Shown piece after piece: positions 1 to 10,300 of a stretch of DNA of 20,000 nucleotides. The DNA is taken from positions 165,393 through 185,392 of the forward strand of contig CAZBBK010000002.1 in assembly GCA_964490075.1 (NCBI GenBank), written 5' to 3'. Source of the stretch: an uncultured Gemmatimonadota bacterium. Lineage in GTDB: Bacteria > GCA-2686955. Both the position numbers and the translations under genes were made by a program. The notes below the pieces were generated by a model that was not told the DNA's origin, did no database searches, and worked only from the letters and a program-made list of their open reading frames with translations. How positions within the stretch are numbered: position 1 is the first letter of the stretch; every line of letters starts with the position of its first letter.

Positions 1-801
1 CTGCTGCGAACACGCGGCCTGAGCGTCGCCTTCGGCGAGCGGCGAGTGCTCGACAGCGTCGACATCGAGCTGCGGCAGGGCGAGATCGTGGCGCTGGTGG
101 GGCCCAACGGCGGCGGCAAGACCACCCTGCTGCGCTGCCTGGCCGGGCTCTTGCGCCGCGCCCGGAGCGGCCAGGTGCAGGTCCTGGGACGTCCGCTGGA
201 GAGCTACTCGCGCCCGGCGCTGGCGCGGATCGTGGCGGTCATGGGACAGGATCTGCCCGCCACGGCGGGCTTCACGGTGACGCAGGTGGTGGCGATGGGC
301 AGACATCCCCACCTCGGCCCTTTCCGGATGCGCGGCGAAGGCGACCGGCGGGCCGTCGAGCAGGCGATCGAGGCAACCGACCTGGACCGGCTGAGGACGC
401 GCCCGATCGACGAGCTCTCGGGAGGCGAGCGGCGGCGCGTCTCGCTGGCGCGCGCGCTGGCGCAGGAGCCGGCGGCGCTCCTGCTCGACGAGCCGACCGC
501 CAACCTCGACCTGAAGCACAAGGCCGCCCTTTTCGCCATCCTGCGCCAGGTTCACCTTGCGCGCGGAACCGCTACCCTCCTGGTCACCCACGAGCTCGGC
601 CTGGCCGCGGAGCACGCCGAGCGCGCCGTGCTGCTCCGCGACGGGCGAGTGCTGGCCGACGACTCGCCGCGCGCCGTGCTGCGCGGCGAGCTGCTGCGCC
701 GCGCCTTCGACACCCCGGTCGAGATCATCACCAATCCACGAACCGGCGCGCCTCATCCCTGTCCGACCACCGGCACGGATCCCAGGAGCGAGCCGATTTG
801 A
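1..801 (+). CDS. ABC transporter ATP-binding protein, iron-chelate/heme/cobalamin class (FepC/HmuV/BtuD-like); 5'-truncated by the window
   Basis: Frame is open from base 1 (LLRTRGLSVAFGERRVLDSV). Walker A GPNGGGKTT, signature LSGGE, Walker B LLLDEPT, H-loop VTHE, and the class-typical 'VAMGRHPHLG' and 'DEPTANLDL'. Confidence 0.92.
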   Translation: MLRTRGLSVAFGERRVLDSVDIELRQGEIVALVGPNGGGKTTLLRCLAGLLRRARSGQVQVLGRPLESYSRPALARIVAVMGQDLPATAGFTVTQVVAMGRHPHLGPFRMRGEGDRRAVEQAIEATDLDRLRTRPIDELSGGERRRVSLARALAQEPAALLLDEPTANLDLKHKAALFAILRQVHLARGTATLLVTHELGLAAEHAERAVLLRDGRVLADDSPRAVLRGELLRRAFDTPVEIITNPRTGAPHPCPTTGTDPRSEPI

Positions 802-2669
802 AGGCGCGGAGCATCGCAGCGATCCTGATCCTGGGACTCCGGCTCGACGCGGCCGGCGCCGGGACCGAGCCCGCGGCCGCCGAGAGCTCCGCACCCGAGG
901 TCAACGCCGGCGAGGCGCCCGCACCCGCCCCCGACAGCACCCATTGCGTCTCGGCGGCCGATCCGCCCTGGTCGACCGCCTCATCCGAGGCCGCTCTCCC
1001 CGCCACCCGCCCCGCCGCCACCCTGGCCGAGGCGCTGGCCTTCGAGATCGACGTCGACGTTCCCGCGCCGCGTCGCGAGGGTGTCCGCCAGGTGGTCGCC
1101 CTGCACGGCCGCCACGCCGCCGCGACCGCCGTCTACGTCGACGGCATTCCGCTGCACCCTTGCGCCGGCCCCGGCTTCGATCTCGGCCTGCTGCCACCCG
1201 GCCTGGTGACCGAGCTGCGCCTCGGAGAGCGAGCCGATCTCTGGCATCCGAGCGCCCCCGCACACCTGGAGCTTTCGATCGCCAGCCCCGCGCCGCCCCA
1301 GGCCCGAACCCGCCTCGGCGCCCTGCGCGGCTGGTCGCGCGAGCTGGCGGGAGAAGAGATCGACCTGCGAAGCGCCGCCGGACGCTTCGGATCGGGCGGC
1401 CTTTTCTACCAGCGCCGCGACCTCGAACAACCGGTCGCCTCGATCCCGACCAGCGGTTTCGTCGACCTGCTGGCGACGCCCTCCGAGCGGGCCTGGGCCC
1501 TGAGCTACCAGCCCCCCCTGGAGGGCCTCGAGATGCGCGCCATCCAGCTCTCCCTGACCGCCTCGGACCGGCCCGCCGCCTTCCCCGAAAGCGGCGAGCG
1601 CACTACCCATCTGCAAAGCGACCAGCTCGACCTGATCGGCGCCACCGCGTCCCTGCCCGAGCCCGGGATCTGGCTCTCGCTCTCGTCGCAGCGCTCGGTC
1701 TCCGAGCTGACCGGGCTCTTCGGCATCGGCTCCTTCGCCACCCTCGAAGAGGGGCACACCGGAGTCGCCGCCGCCTGGACGCTGCCGTCCGGTGAGCGCC
1801 ACGATCTGCGCCTCGCCTGGCGTCTCGACGACGCGTCGGGCGCCGCGTCCTACACCGGCTCGCCGGGCAGCCGCTTCGCGCGAACGCTGCTGAGCCAGTG
1901 GTGGCTGATCTCAGACCGGATCGCCCTCGGCTCGGGCGTCTGCGAGCTCTTCGCGGGGCGCCTGAGCATGAACCTCGGCGACTACCGCTTCGCGGTGCGC
2001 GAAGAGGCCGCCTCTCTGAGCGGAAAGGCCGAGATCGGCGGGGTCGAAGTGCGGGGACCGATCGGCGCATCCTGGAGCGCGGCGCTCGGCGCCTCGGCGC
2101 ACGCCCGCCCTCTGACCTACCTGGAGCATCTCTACCTGGTGAGCGACCTGGCCTTCGCCGAGCGCGGGCTCTCGGCGCGCGGCATGCTGCGCCGCGAGGG
2201 GAGCCGGTGGCAGGCCGAGATCGGCGGCGGATTGACGCGCTGGACCCAGCGCGCCCGTTTCGCGCAGGGCGAGGAGGGCGCCTACGATTGGCGAGTCGAG
2301 CTGGCCGAGGAACGCCAGGGCGACGCCTACCTGGAGCTCGAGGGCACGCTGATCGGGGGCTTGCGCGGATCGGGCGGATGGCGCCTGGACGGCGGCGATC
2401 TGCCGACCAGCGATCTCTGGCGACATCATTTCAGCGCCACGCTCGGCTGGGACTGGAGCGCCCGCGAGCGACCGCTGATGCTCGGACTGCTGGGCGCCGG
2501 CAGCGCGGACCGGAGCGAGGGTCGGTGGAGCATCGGCATATCGGCCGCCCTCCGCCTGGCCATCACGGAGGATTTCGCCGCCCGCTTCCTGGTCCGCAAC
2601 CTGGCCTTCGCCGGCGAGATCTACGGGCCGCAGTACGGGCTGGAGCTGAGCTGGGTGCTTTGGGGGTAG
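798..2669 (+). CDS. Divergent TonB-dependent-receptor-like outer-membrane protein (plug + beta-barrel)
   Basis: TTG start overlaps the ATPase stop (TTGA). N-terminal signal-like segment, then an Ala/Pro linker. Plug-like motif 'VVALHG...TAVYVDGIPL...FDLGLLPPGLVTELRL'. Alternating amphipathic strands with an aromatic C-terminal strand (YGLELSWVLWG). Confidence 0.6.
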   Translation: MKARSIAAILILGLRLDAAGAGTEPAAAESSAPEVNAGEAPAPAPDSTHCVSAADPPWSTASSEAALPATRPAATLAEALAFEIDVDVPAPRREGVRQVVALHGRHAAATAVYVDGIPLHPCAGPGFDLGLLPPGLVTELRLGERADLWHPSAPAHLELSIASPAPPQARTRLGALRGWSRELAGEEIDLRSAAGRFGSGGLFYQRRDLEQPVASIPTSGFVDLLATPSERAWALSYQPPLEGLEMRAIQLSLTASDRPAAFPESGERTTHLQSDQLDLIGATASLPEPGIWLSLSSQRSVSELTGLFGIGSFATLEEGHTGVAAAWTLPSGERHDLRLAWRLDDASGAASYTGSPGSRFARTLLSQWWLISDRIALGSGVCELFAGRLSMNLGDYRFAVREEAASLSGKAEIGGVEVRGPIGASWSAALGASAHARPLTYLEHLYLVSDLAFAERGLSARGMLRREGSRWQAEIGGGLTRWTQRARFAQGEEGAYDWRVELAEERQGDAYLELEGTLIGGLRGSGGWRLDGGDLPTSDLWRHHFSATLGWDWSARERPLMLGLLGAGSADRSEGRWSIGISAALRLAITEDFAARFLVRNLAFAGEIYGPQYGLELSWVLWG

Positions 2670-2676
2670 TCCATAC

Positions 2677-2712
2677 TTGCTGGGGCTCGCTTCCTGGTCT
2701 ATTTTCAGACCA
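2677..2712 (+). promoter_or_regulatory. Putative sigma70 promoter and palindromic operator of the TA operon
   Basis: TTGCTG (2677-2682)-N17-TATTTT (2700-2705), 6 nt before the ATG at 2712. Inverted repeat TGGTCT-N6-AGACCA (2695-2712) overlaps the -10 element and the start codon. Confidence 0.6.
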
Positions 2713-2960
2713 TGAATGAAGTCTTCTTGAATATTCAAGCTGCGAAGACCCACCTGTCGAAGCATCTCGGCGCGCTCACGGCGGAAGGGCGCATCGTCCT
2801 CTGCAGGCGCAACCGCCCCGTGGCCGAGATTCGGCTCTTGCCCGAGGAGCCTCGGCGAGAGAGACGGCTCGGCTTGGCCCGCGGCGAGTTCACGATCCCG
2901 GATTCCTTCTTCGACCCGCTGCCCGACGAGTTGCTCGGTGCGTTCGAAGGCAAGGAATGA
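2712..2960 (+). CDS. Type II antitoxin, Phd/YefM family
   Basis: 'NIQAAKTHLSKHL...IVLCRRNRPVAEI' N-terminal fold motif and the 'RRLGLARGEFTIPDSFFDPLPDE' tail. 82 aa. ATGA overlap with the PIN gene. Confidence 0.9.
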   Translation: MNEVFLNIQAAKTHLSKHLGALTAEGRIVLCRRNRPVAEIRLLPEEPRRERRLGLARGEFTIPDSFFDPLPDELLGAFEGKE

Positions 2961-3343
2961 AGATCCTGCTCGACACCTGCGTCTTCCTGTGGGCGATCCT
3001 CGATTCTCCGCGCCTCTCCCCGGCACTCCGAGAGAAGCTCGGCGACGGCACGAACGAGGTGGCCGTGAGCGTCGCCTCGTTCTGGGAGATATCGATCAAG
3101 TATGGGCTCGGTCGCCTCCCCCTTCCCGAGCAGCCGGACCGTTACCTGCCGCGCCAGAGAGAGGCGGCCGGTTTCGACCTGCTCGAAATCGGAGAAGCCG
3201 AGGTTTGCCAGGTGCACCGCCTGCCCGCGATCCACCGCGACCCCTTCGATCGCTTGTTGGTCGCCCAGGCCAACTGTCACGGTTTCGCGATCGCCACGAC
3301 CGACCCCCGAATCGTGCGCTACCCGGTGCGGACGATCTGGTGA
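2957..3343 (+). CDS. vapC: Type II toxin, VapC/PIN-domain ribonuclease
   Basis: 'MKILLDTCVFLW', 'SVASFWEISIK', 'HRDPFDRLLVAQA', 'TTD'. 128 aa. Confidence 0.93.
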   Translation: MKILLDTCVFLWAILDSPRLSPALREKLGDGTNEVAVSVASFWEISIKYGLGRLPLPEQPDRYLPRQREAAGFDLLEIGEAEVCQVHRLPAIHRDPFDRLLVAQANCHGFAIATTDPRIVRYPVRTIW

Positions 3344-3345
3344 CG

Positions 3346-4551
3346 TTACTCCGCGTTGATCCGGCACCAATCCAGCTGCTCGCCAAAGCTCGAAATCGCC
3401 TGCACCTCGAGCTGCTCGCTGCCGCGCACCACCAGGCGCAAGAAGTGGTAGGTCGATTGCGAGTGCACGGTGTGATCGCTCCAACCGGAGGCGTAAAGAG
3501 GCCCTCCCCCGCCGCCGCTGACGATGTGGATCGGAGCCAGCCCGCGTAGGTACTCGTGCGCTTCCGAGCTCTGCGGCACCCCGTCGATCACGGGGTAGGA
3601 GCGCTCGTAGTTGTGGTCGTGCCCGGCCAGCACCAGATCGACGCCGTACTCCAGGAGCAGCGGCTCGATGTAGGTGCGCAAGGGCAGATCGCCGCCGTGG
3701 AAGGACGAGCTGTAGAGCGGCCGGTGCAGGGCCGCCACGATCCAGCCGATGCTCGGATCGGCGGCCCACTCGGCCAGCACCTGCTCGGCCCAGGTCGCCT
3801 GGCGCCAGCCTTCGGCCCCGCTGACATGCTCCCCGTCCAGCACCACCAGCGCCAGCGGTCCGCGCCGCATCGAGTAGTAGCGCTCCGCACCCGGCATGGC
3901 GAAGCGGCGGTCGTAGCCGCTGGTGCCCCAGCCGGCCTCGCGCTCGTGGTTTCCGACCAGCACCAGATAGGGCCGATCCATCGCGATCGGCTCGATGATC
4001 TCGAACCAGCGGTCCCACAGGGCCGGATCGCCGTTGGCGTAGGACAGGTCGCCAAGGTGAAGATGCAGGTCGGCGTCGACCTCGGCGACCGCCAGCGCGA
4101 TCCGCTCGGCGGCCGGCCTGGTTCCCTGGTCGCCGTAGAGTGTGACGACCAGGCTGTCGACCGGCGCACCGAAGGTGCCGACCACCACGCTGTGCTCCGG
4201 GTCGACGCCGTGGCGCGGCAGCACCTCGTACTTCGAACCCGGCGCCAGATCCTCGAGCACCACTTCGTGGTAGTAGATCCCGCCCAGGCAATCGGAGTCG
4301 TAGCTCTTGCCGCGAGCCTCGGTGCCCGAGCCGAAGCCGACCAGCTGGAACGAAACCGTCGGCGCCGAGGTCAGGGGGTCGCGCGTGAACCACGACACCA
4401 CGGCCGAGGTATGGGGATCGTCGGTCAGGCCGATGTGGATGCCCCAGGGCGATCGATCGGGGCCGGGGAGGGGAGGTCCCAGCACCGAGATCGCGGCCGC
4501 GTTCGCTTGGCAGATGAAGACCAGCAGCAGGGTCCGGGCCAAAGTTCTCAT
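3346..4551 (-). CDS. Secreted purple-acid-phosphatase-family metallophosphoesterase with an N-terminal FN3-like domain
   Basis: Start reassigned to ATG 4551 (MRTLARTLLLVFICQANAAA signal peptide, AAAGGA RBS upstream). Motifs GDQG, GDLSY, GNHE, LHRP, GHDHNYERS. Confidence 0.88.
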   Translation of the reverse strand: MRTLARTLLLVFICQANAAAISVLGPPLPGPDRSPWGIHIGLTDDPHTSAVVSWFTRDPLTSAPTVSFQLVGFGSGTEARGKSYDSDCLGGIYYHEVVLEDLAPGSKYEVLPRHGVDPEHSVVVGTFGAPVDSLVVTLYGDQGTRPAAERIALAVAEVDADLHLHLGDLSYANGDPALWDRWFEIIEPIAMDRPYLVLVGNHEREAGWGTSGYDRRFAMPGAERYYSMRRGPLALVVLDGEHVSGAEGWRQATWAEQVLAEWAADPSIGWIVAALHRPLYSSSFHGGDLPLRTYIEPLLLEYGVDLVLAGHDHNYERSYPVIDGVPQSSEAHEYLRGLAPIHIVSGGGGGPLYASGWSDHTVHSQSTYHFLRLVVRGSEQLEVQAISSFGEQLDWCRINAE

Positions 4552-4636
4552 CGCTGCATCCTTTCTCGGTTCGGCACGGAGTGGCGGACTCCCCCTGCTT
4601 CTGAATCGTCCGATCGACGCGCCGGCCTTGAGCGCG

Positions 4637-4665
4637 TTGACAGTCCCCAGCGGCACCGATACCGT
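4637..4665 (+). promoter_or_regulatory. Sigma70 promoter for purN, probably leaderless
   Basis: Perfect TTGACA (4637-4642)-N17-TACCGT (4660-4665). The ATG follows 7 nt later with no Shine-Dalgarno sequence. Confidence 0.65.
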
Positions 4666-4672
4666 CGCTCCC

Positions 4673-5302
4673 ATGTCTGGCCTCCCCTCGATCGTCGTGC
4701 TCGCCTCCGGGCGCGGCTCCAACTTCCTCGCCATCGCCGATGCCATCGAGCGCGGCGAGCTGCGCGCCCGGATCGAGTGTCTGATCAGCGACAACCCGGA
4801 TGCCAAAGCGCTGGCGGAGGCGCGGCGGCGGGAGATCGCGACCCATCTTCTGGACTGCGGCGAGCGCCGCGGGCGGTTTTGCCGCGAGTCTGCCGACGAG
4901 CTGGTGCGGCTCACCGAGGCCGCCGACGCGATCGCGCTGGCCGGCTTCATGCGGATCCTGCCGCGGCGGGTGGTCGAAGCGCGATCTGGTCGGATCTTGA
5001 ACATCCACCCCTCCCTGCTGCCGGCCTTTCCGGGCCTGCACGCGCAGGCTCAGGCGATCGATCACGGCGTGCGGGTGGCGGGCTGCACCGTCCACCTGGT
5101 GGACGAGGGCACCGACACCGGGCCGATCGTGCTGCAGGCGGCGGTCGAGGTGCACCCCGACGACGATGCCGATGCCCTCAGCGCGCGGATTCTGCGCGAG
5201 GAGCACCACATCTACCCCCAGGCGCTGGCCCTGCTCTGCGAGGGACGGCTGCGAGTCGAGGGCCGCCGCGTTCACGTCGCCGCCGGGAGGCCATCCTCTT
5301 GA
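4673..5302 (+). CDS. purN: Phosphoribosylglycinamide formyltransferase
   Basis: 'VVLASGRGSN', 'LAGFMRIL', 'ILNIHPSLLPAFPG', 'GCTVHLVDEGTDTGPI', 'EH.IYP'. Start at ATG 4673. Confidence 0.96.
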   Translation: MSGLPSIVVLASGRGSNFLAIADAIERGELRARIECLISDNPDAKALAEARRREIATHLLDCGERRGRFCRESADELVRLTEAADAIALAGFMRILPRRVVEARSGRILNIHPSLLPAFPGLHAQAQAIDHGVRVAGCTVHLVDEGTDTGPIVLQAAVEVHPDDDADALSARILREEHHIYPQALALLCEGRLRVEGRRVHVAAGRPSS

Positions 5303-6060
5303 TCACCATCCACCGAGCCCTCTGCCTCGGCGGCGCGCTGCTGCTGCTCGGATCGGCCCACGCCGACCCGCCGGGAGAGGCGGTTCTGCGCGCCCTCGAC
5401 GAGCAGGCCGGCCGCGCCTCCGCGCGCACTCTGGTGCGCCAGACGATCACCACCTCGGGGGGCGACCAGCGCAGCTTCACCCTGCGCATGAGCACCAGCG
5501 CGAGCGAGGACGAGCTGCTCCTGATCTACACCGAGCCGGCGCGGGTGCGCGGGATCTCCTTCCTGATGCTCAACGGCCGCGACGACACCTGGACCTTCAA
5601 TCCCAAGACCCGGCGGGTGCGCAAGCTGACCTCCAGCACCCGCAAGCGCAAGGTGAACGGATCCGACTTCTCCTACGAGGACTTCGGCGCCGGCGCCGGC
5701 ACCATGGGCGAGGACTACACCGCCGATCTCGACGGCGCGGAGTCGCTGGACGGCGTGCCCTGCGATCGGCTGGTGCTGCGCCCCAAGCCGGGCGGCCCCT
5801 CCTACTCGAAGGTGATCGCCTGGATCGGCCGCGATCCGAGAGTGCTACGGCGGGCCGACTACTACGACGACGAGGGCGCGCCCTTGAAGCGCCTGAGGGC
5901 ATCGGAGATCCGCATGGTCGACGGGATCCCGATCCCGCACGACTACCGGATGAAGAGCTTGCGCGGCGATCGCTGGACGCGCATGGAGGTGGTCGAGCTG
6001 GAGCGCGGCGTCGAGTTCCCGGCCGGCACCTTTACGCTCGAGAACCTGCGGCGACAGTGA
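5299..6060 (+). CDS. Outer-membrane lipoprotein-sorting (LolA-like) protein
   Basis: TTG start overlaps the purN stop, with GGGAGG upstream and a signal peptide (…LLLGSAHA). Motifs 'P.RVRGISFL', 'W.FNP.TRRVRKL', 'GSDFSYED', 'DYYD..G..LK', 'FT.ENL'. Confidence 0.85.
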   Translation: MITIHRALCLGGALLLLGSAHADPPGEAVLRALDEQAGRASARTLVRQTITTSGGDQRSFTLRMSTSASEDELLLIYTEPARVRGISFLMLNGRDDTWTFNPKTRRVRKLTSSTRKRKVNGSDFSYEDFGAGAGTMGEDYTADLDGAESLDGVPCDRLVLRPKPGGPSYSKVIAWIGRDPRVLRRADYYDDEGAPLKRLRASEIRMVDGIPIPHDYRMKSLRGDRWTRMEVVELERGVEFPAGTFTLENLRRQ

Positions 6061-7343
6061 TGGCGCGGATCGGCCCCTCCTCGCTCCTGGCGCTCTGCGC
6101 GATCAGCGCGGCCCCGGGCGCCGAGCTCCGGGGTGAGCTGGAAAGCACGCTGGGGATCTTCGAGGTGGCCGACACCACCTGGTCGCAGCAGAGCGCCCGC
6201 GCCCGCGCCTATTTGCGCCACGATCTCGGCGCTTCCGCCCGACTCGAGCTCGGCTTCGCCGCCACCAACCATTTCGGCAAGACCTCGCTGCGCCTCCTTG
6301 ACCTGCTGCCACCGGGCTACCAGGCATCCTTCGATTCGCTCGCGACGGCGCTCTTCGGCGACGACCAGCGGGCGGAGGAGGGCTTTCCCCTCCTCTTCAC
6401 CGCCAGCAACGCGCTCGGCCAGATGCCGCTCTTCGACTCGATCGATCTCGACCGAGCGCTGATCACCTGGCACGGACCCGGCTTCAGCATCGAGATCGGC
6501 CGCCAGCCCCTGGCCTGGGGCGCCGGCTACGCCTGGAATCCCACCAACGTCTTCGACCGCAAGTCGCTGCTCGAGCCCACCCGCGAACCCCGAGGGCTCG
6601 ACGCGCTCAGGATTCGCGGCGGCGGAAGGGTGCGCTTCGAAGCGCTGCTGCGGGCCGACGACACGCCGGCGGAGACGGCCTGCGCCTTGCGCCTGGGCGG
6701 CAGCGCCTGGGGATGGGAGGCCAACCTGCTGGCCGCGCGCCAGCGCTGGCGGCGCATGGACTGGGAACACTGGTCGGAGCCCGACACCAGCCGCGGCGCG
6801 CCGGTCCTGGAGTGGGAAGGCCAGGCCCCCTATCTCGTGGTCTTCAACCAGGAGGTGGAGCGGATCACCCTCGGCGGCGATCTGCGCGGCGAGCTGTGGG
6901 GGGTGGGATGCTGGGCGGAGGCGGCCTGGAACCGGCTCGACGCCGGCAAGAACTTCTGGGACGCCACGGCCGGCGTCGACCACCTCTTCGACTTCCAGAC
7001 CTACCTCTTGCTGGAGCTGCATCTGGAAGGCGAGGGGCGCGACGATCCGGCCGACTACTCGCTGAACGACTGGATGAAGACCCTGACCGGGGAGCGCGGC
7101 GGGCTGGGGCGCACCTACGGCTTCGCCGCGCTGAACCACCCCCTGGGCGAGCTGACCGAGCTCTCCGCTCTCGGCTACGCCAATCTCAGCGACCGCGGCC
7201 TCTGGACCGAGTGTGCGCTCGAGCGTTCGCTGGCCGACGATCTGCTGCTGACGCTGGCGCTCGATCTGCCCTTCGCCGACCAGGGCGATGAGCTCGGCCG
7301 CTTCGGCCCTGGCGGCTTCGTGCGCTTCGTCGCCTACTTCTGA
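6060..7343 (+). CDS. Uncharacterised outer-membrane beta-barrel protein, the usual partner of LolA-like genes
   Basis: TGATG coupling and a signal peptide. 'LDRALI', 'IGRQPLAWG.G..WNPTN.F', 'G.DALR' motifs, and a C-terminal aromatic strand (FVRFVAYF). Confidence 0.7.
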   Translation: MARIGPSSLLALCAISAAPGAELRGELESTLGIFEVADTTWSQQSARARAYLRHDLGASARLELGFAATNHFGKTSLRLLDLLPPGYQASFDSLATALFGDDQRAEEGFPLLFTASNALGQMPLFDSIDLDRALITWHGPGFSIEIGRQPLAWGAGYAWNPTNVFDRKSLLEPTREPRGLDALRIRGGGRVRFEALLRADDTPAETACALRLGGSAWGWEANLLAARQRWRRMDWEHWSEPDTSRGAPVLEWEGQAPYLVVFNQEVERITLGGDLRGELWGVGCWAEAAWNRLDAGKNFWDATAGVDHLFDFQTYLLLELHLEGEGRDDPADYSLNDWMKTLTGERGGLGRTYGFAALNHPLGELTELSALGYANLSDRGLWTECALERSLADDLLLTLALDLPFADQGDELGRFGPGGFVRFVAYF

Positions 7344-10300
7344 TCGCGGCCGCGGGCCGCACCGGCTTCACCCAGGGCCCCAGGTCGGGCTCGGCGTTCG
7401 GCTGACCGGCGCTGGGATTCGGAAAGCGCTCCCAGGTGTTGAAGGCACCGTCGGGGTAGCGGCCGAGGCTGAAGTCGGTCTCCTGGTAGCCGAAGGGGAT
7501 GCGATCGAGCACATCGGGCGCCGCTCCGGCCGCCACCAAAGCAATCCGCTCGCCGTCGCGATCGAGCTTGAAACCGGCGTGCAGCTCGCCGAGCCCGGGG
7601 TCGCCATCGAGCCACACCACCAGCAGCTCGCCGGGCTGCATGCTGCGCTCCGGCAGCGCCCAGCGGTAGGGATCGTCCTCTGGATCGTCGGTCAAGAACA
7701 GGCCGTCCAGCTCGATCGGATCGGCGCTCGGATTGAAGAGCTCGACCCAGTCGGAGCGATTTCCGTACTCGTCCCGGGGACCGTTGCGGTTGATCGCGGA
7801 GAACTCGTTGATGACCAACCGCTCCGGCATCGTGCCGAGCACGAAGAAGGAGACCAAGGCGGTGTCGACCGCCACGCCGCTGGGCTCGACGGCGCGAAAG
7901 GCCAGATCGAATCGACCGCGCTTGCTCGGGACCTCGATGTGGAAGAGCTCGCTGTGCAGCGCGCCGGGGCCCAGGGCCGGGAAGTCGACCACATCGGAGG
8001 GCTCCTCGCGCACCCAGACGCCGCCCTCGGTGTAGGCGTGCACCGCGATCGAGCAGGCCTCGACGCTCCGCCAGTGGGCGCGCAGGGTCAGCTCGACCTC
8101 GGCGATGCCCTGGGGCGGCAGCAGATCCTGGGCCACGACCGCTTCCAGGCTGCCCCAGCGGGCGCTGCGATTGCGGCCCGCCGGTGAGGAGTGGGAGAGC
8201 GGCGTGGGACGACCGCAACCGTCCGGCAGGCGCCCGTAGGCGGCGCCCGGGGGCAGGGCAGGCAGAGTGAGGGAGTCGGCCAGGAGCAGCCCCGCGCCCT
8301 CGTCGACGAAGAGCCCGAGCCAGCCGCTGGCGATGGGGGGGGAGCGCAGCAGCCGGTACTCGCCGGCGAAGAGCTCATCGCTTTCGACCGGCCAGCGGCG
8401 CGGAGCGAGGGGATCGTCGCTCAGGAAGATGCCCTCGAAGCGGAGGGGCGATCGACCGCGAAAGTGGAGCTCCACCGAGCGCGGCGCGGCCGGCCCGAGA
8501 AGCCCCGGCTGGTCGTTCCAGCTCCGGTCGTAGATCAGCTCGTTGATCGCCAGATCGACCGCCGCAGGGGGCCGCAGCGTATCGATCGACGCGCGGAGCG
8601 CCGGCTCGCGATCCTGGACGCGGCTCCAGACATCATCGATCGAATCGAGGTACTGATTGGAGCGCTCGCGGGACGCCTTGGCGACGTCGACCAGACCGTC
8701 CGGCACGCTGATCGTGGCCAGGGAGTCGAAAGTCTGGGCGATGCCGGTCCAGGGGCCGTCGAGAATCTCCTCCAGGCGTTCGAGATAGCGCCGGCTGAGC
8801 GAGGGGATCTCCAGCATCATCGTCAGCATCAAGCTCCATCCGTCGCGGTTGTTCGGATAGTCGCGGGTGCCGAGGTTGGCCGGCGCGGTGCTGTCGTAGA
8901 GCACGGCGTCGACGTCCCAGGGCAGCATGCGCCAGGGACCACCGCCGCGATCGCGGTGCAGAATGAAGTTGTGGCCCGAGAAATCGTCGTTGGCGAGCAG
9001 CACCTGGCTGGCGTAGTAGTCGATCAAGAGATCGATATCGAGCTCGCGCCGAAACCACGTCTCCAGATCGGCGGGCGGCGTCGAGACCATCCCCTGCAAG
9101 AGGGCCACCACGTCGTCCCGATGGAGGTCTTCCTGCTGGGTGTTCTCGAAGCAGGAGAGGTAGCGCTCGATGTCCTTCTGGGGCTCGGTGTTGCACTCCG
9201 ACTCGTAGCTGCGGCCGCTCGGATCGAGCCCGACCCGCTCGAGGTACTCCTCGTCGGAGTCCTCGACCCAGGTGTAGACGCCCGCGTATTCGTCGTTGAG
9301 CATCAGCCGCACCAGCTCGGCCGAGTAGGCCGGGACCGACGCCAGCACCATGACGGCGCTCGCGAGCGGCTCCTTGAGCATCGAGCCGTCGCCGAAGTTC
9401 GACACCAGGTTGTAGGTCTGCGGCACGAGTCCGTCGTCGCTGCGGAATTTGAACGACTTCTTGGGATGCTCCAGGCTGCCGTGGCCGCGATAGCCGACCT
9501 CTCCGGTGCGCTCGAGGTCGCCGGCGATCAGGAGGGCGGGTTTGCGGATCTTCTCCGGCAGGGCGAGCTGCATCTCGATCAGATCGGCGGGATCGATCGC
9601 CAGCGACTGCCCGGGAAGCAGGCTGGTGGTCAGCTCCTCGACTCCGCTCACCTCGACCGAGTCCCCATCGCGGCCGAAGGCATCGATTGGGAAGACGCTG
9701 TAGCGCAGGTCCTCGCCCGCGGGCAGGACGGTCCAGGGCAGGTAGCGACGCTCCTCGAGCAGCAGCGAAGCGCCCTGCTCGCGCACCTCGACGCGATAGC
9801 CGTCGTGCAAGCTGTCGGCGCCGCTGCGCCAGGTCAACAGGGCGCCGCCCCAGCTGGGAGCGGCCCGTGCCAAGCTCACCGGCGGCAAGGTGGGCGGAAG
9901 GGCCGTCAGACGCCTGAGAGCGATGGCGGCGATCAGCGGCTCGCCGGCGACACCGAGGAAGGCGAGGTCGAGGGTGTCGGCGGTGCTCACCAGGTGACGG
10001 CGCAGATCGAGGGCGCGGGCCTTGCCGGCCAGCGCGTAGAGATCGAGATCCTCGATCCACGGCTCTCCGTCGAGGATGACGTCGAACACCCGACCGGTGG
10101 GACCGTTCAGCGTCGGCTCGAGCAGTCGCAGCGTGAGCTCGTAGTCGGCTCCGGGGTGCACCGCGAAGCGGTAGCGGTGGTTGCCGCCTCGCAGCCGGCG
10201 ATAGAGCGGAAACTCGTCGCCGCTGCCGTCGTGGTGCAGCCACCATTGGACGAAGCTCTCGAGGGTGCCGCCGATGAAGCCGCCCTCGCCGCCCCCTTCC

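Noticed and set aside
4552..5004. N-terminal extension of the phosphatase to 5004 (and of purN to 4307)
   Set aside because: The extensions overlap the opposite gene. The signal peptide, RBS and promoter support starts at 4551 and 4673.
2735..6060. Long ORFs 2735-5275 (-, 846 aa) and 3556-6060 (+, 834 aa)
   Set aside because: GC-rich shadow frames of purN and the phosphatase. Only 5299-6060 of the latter has real motifs.
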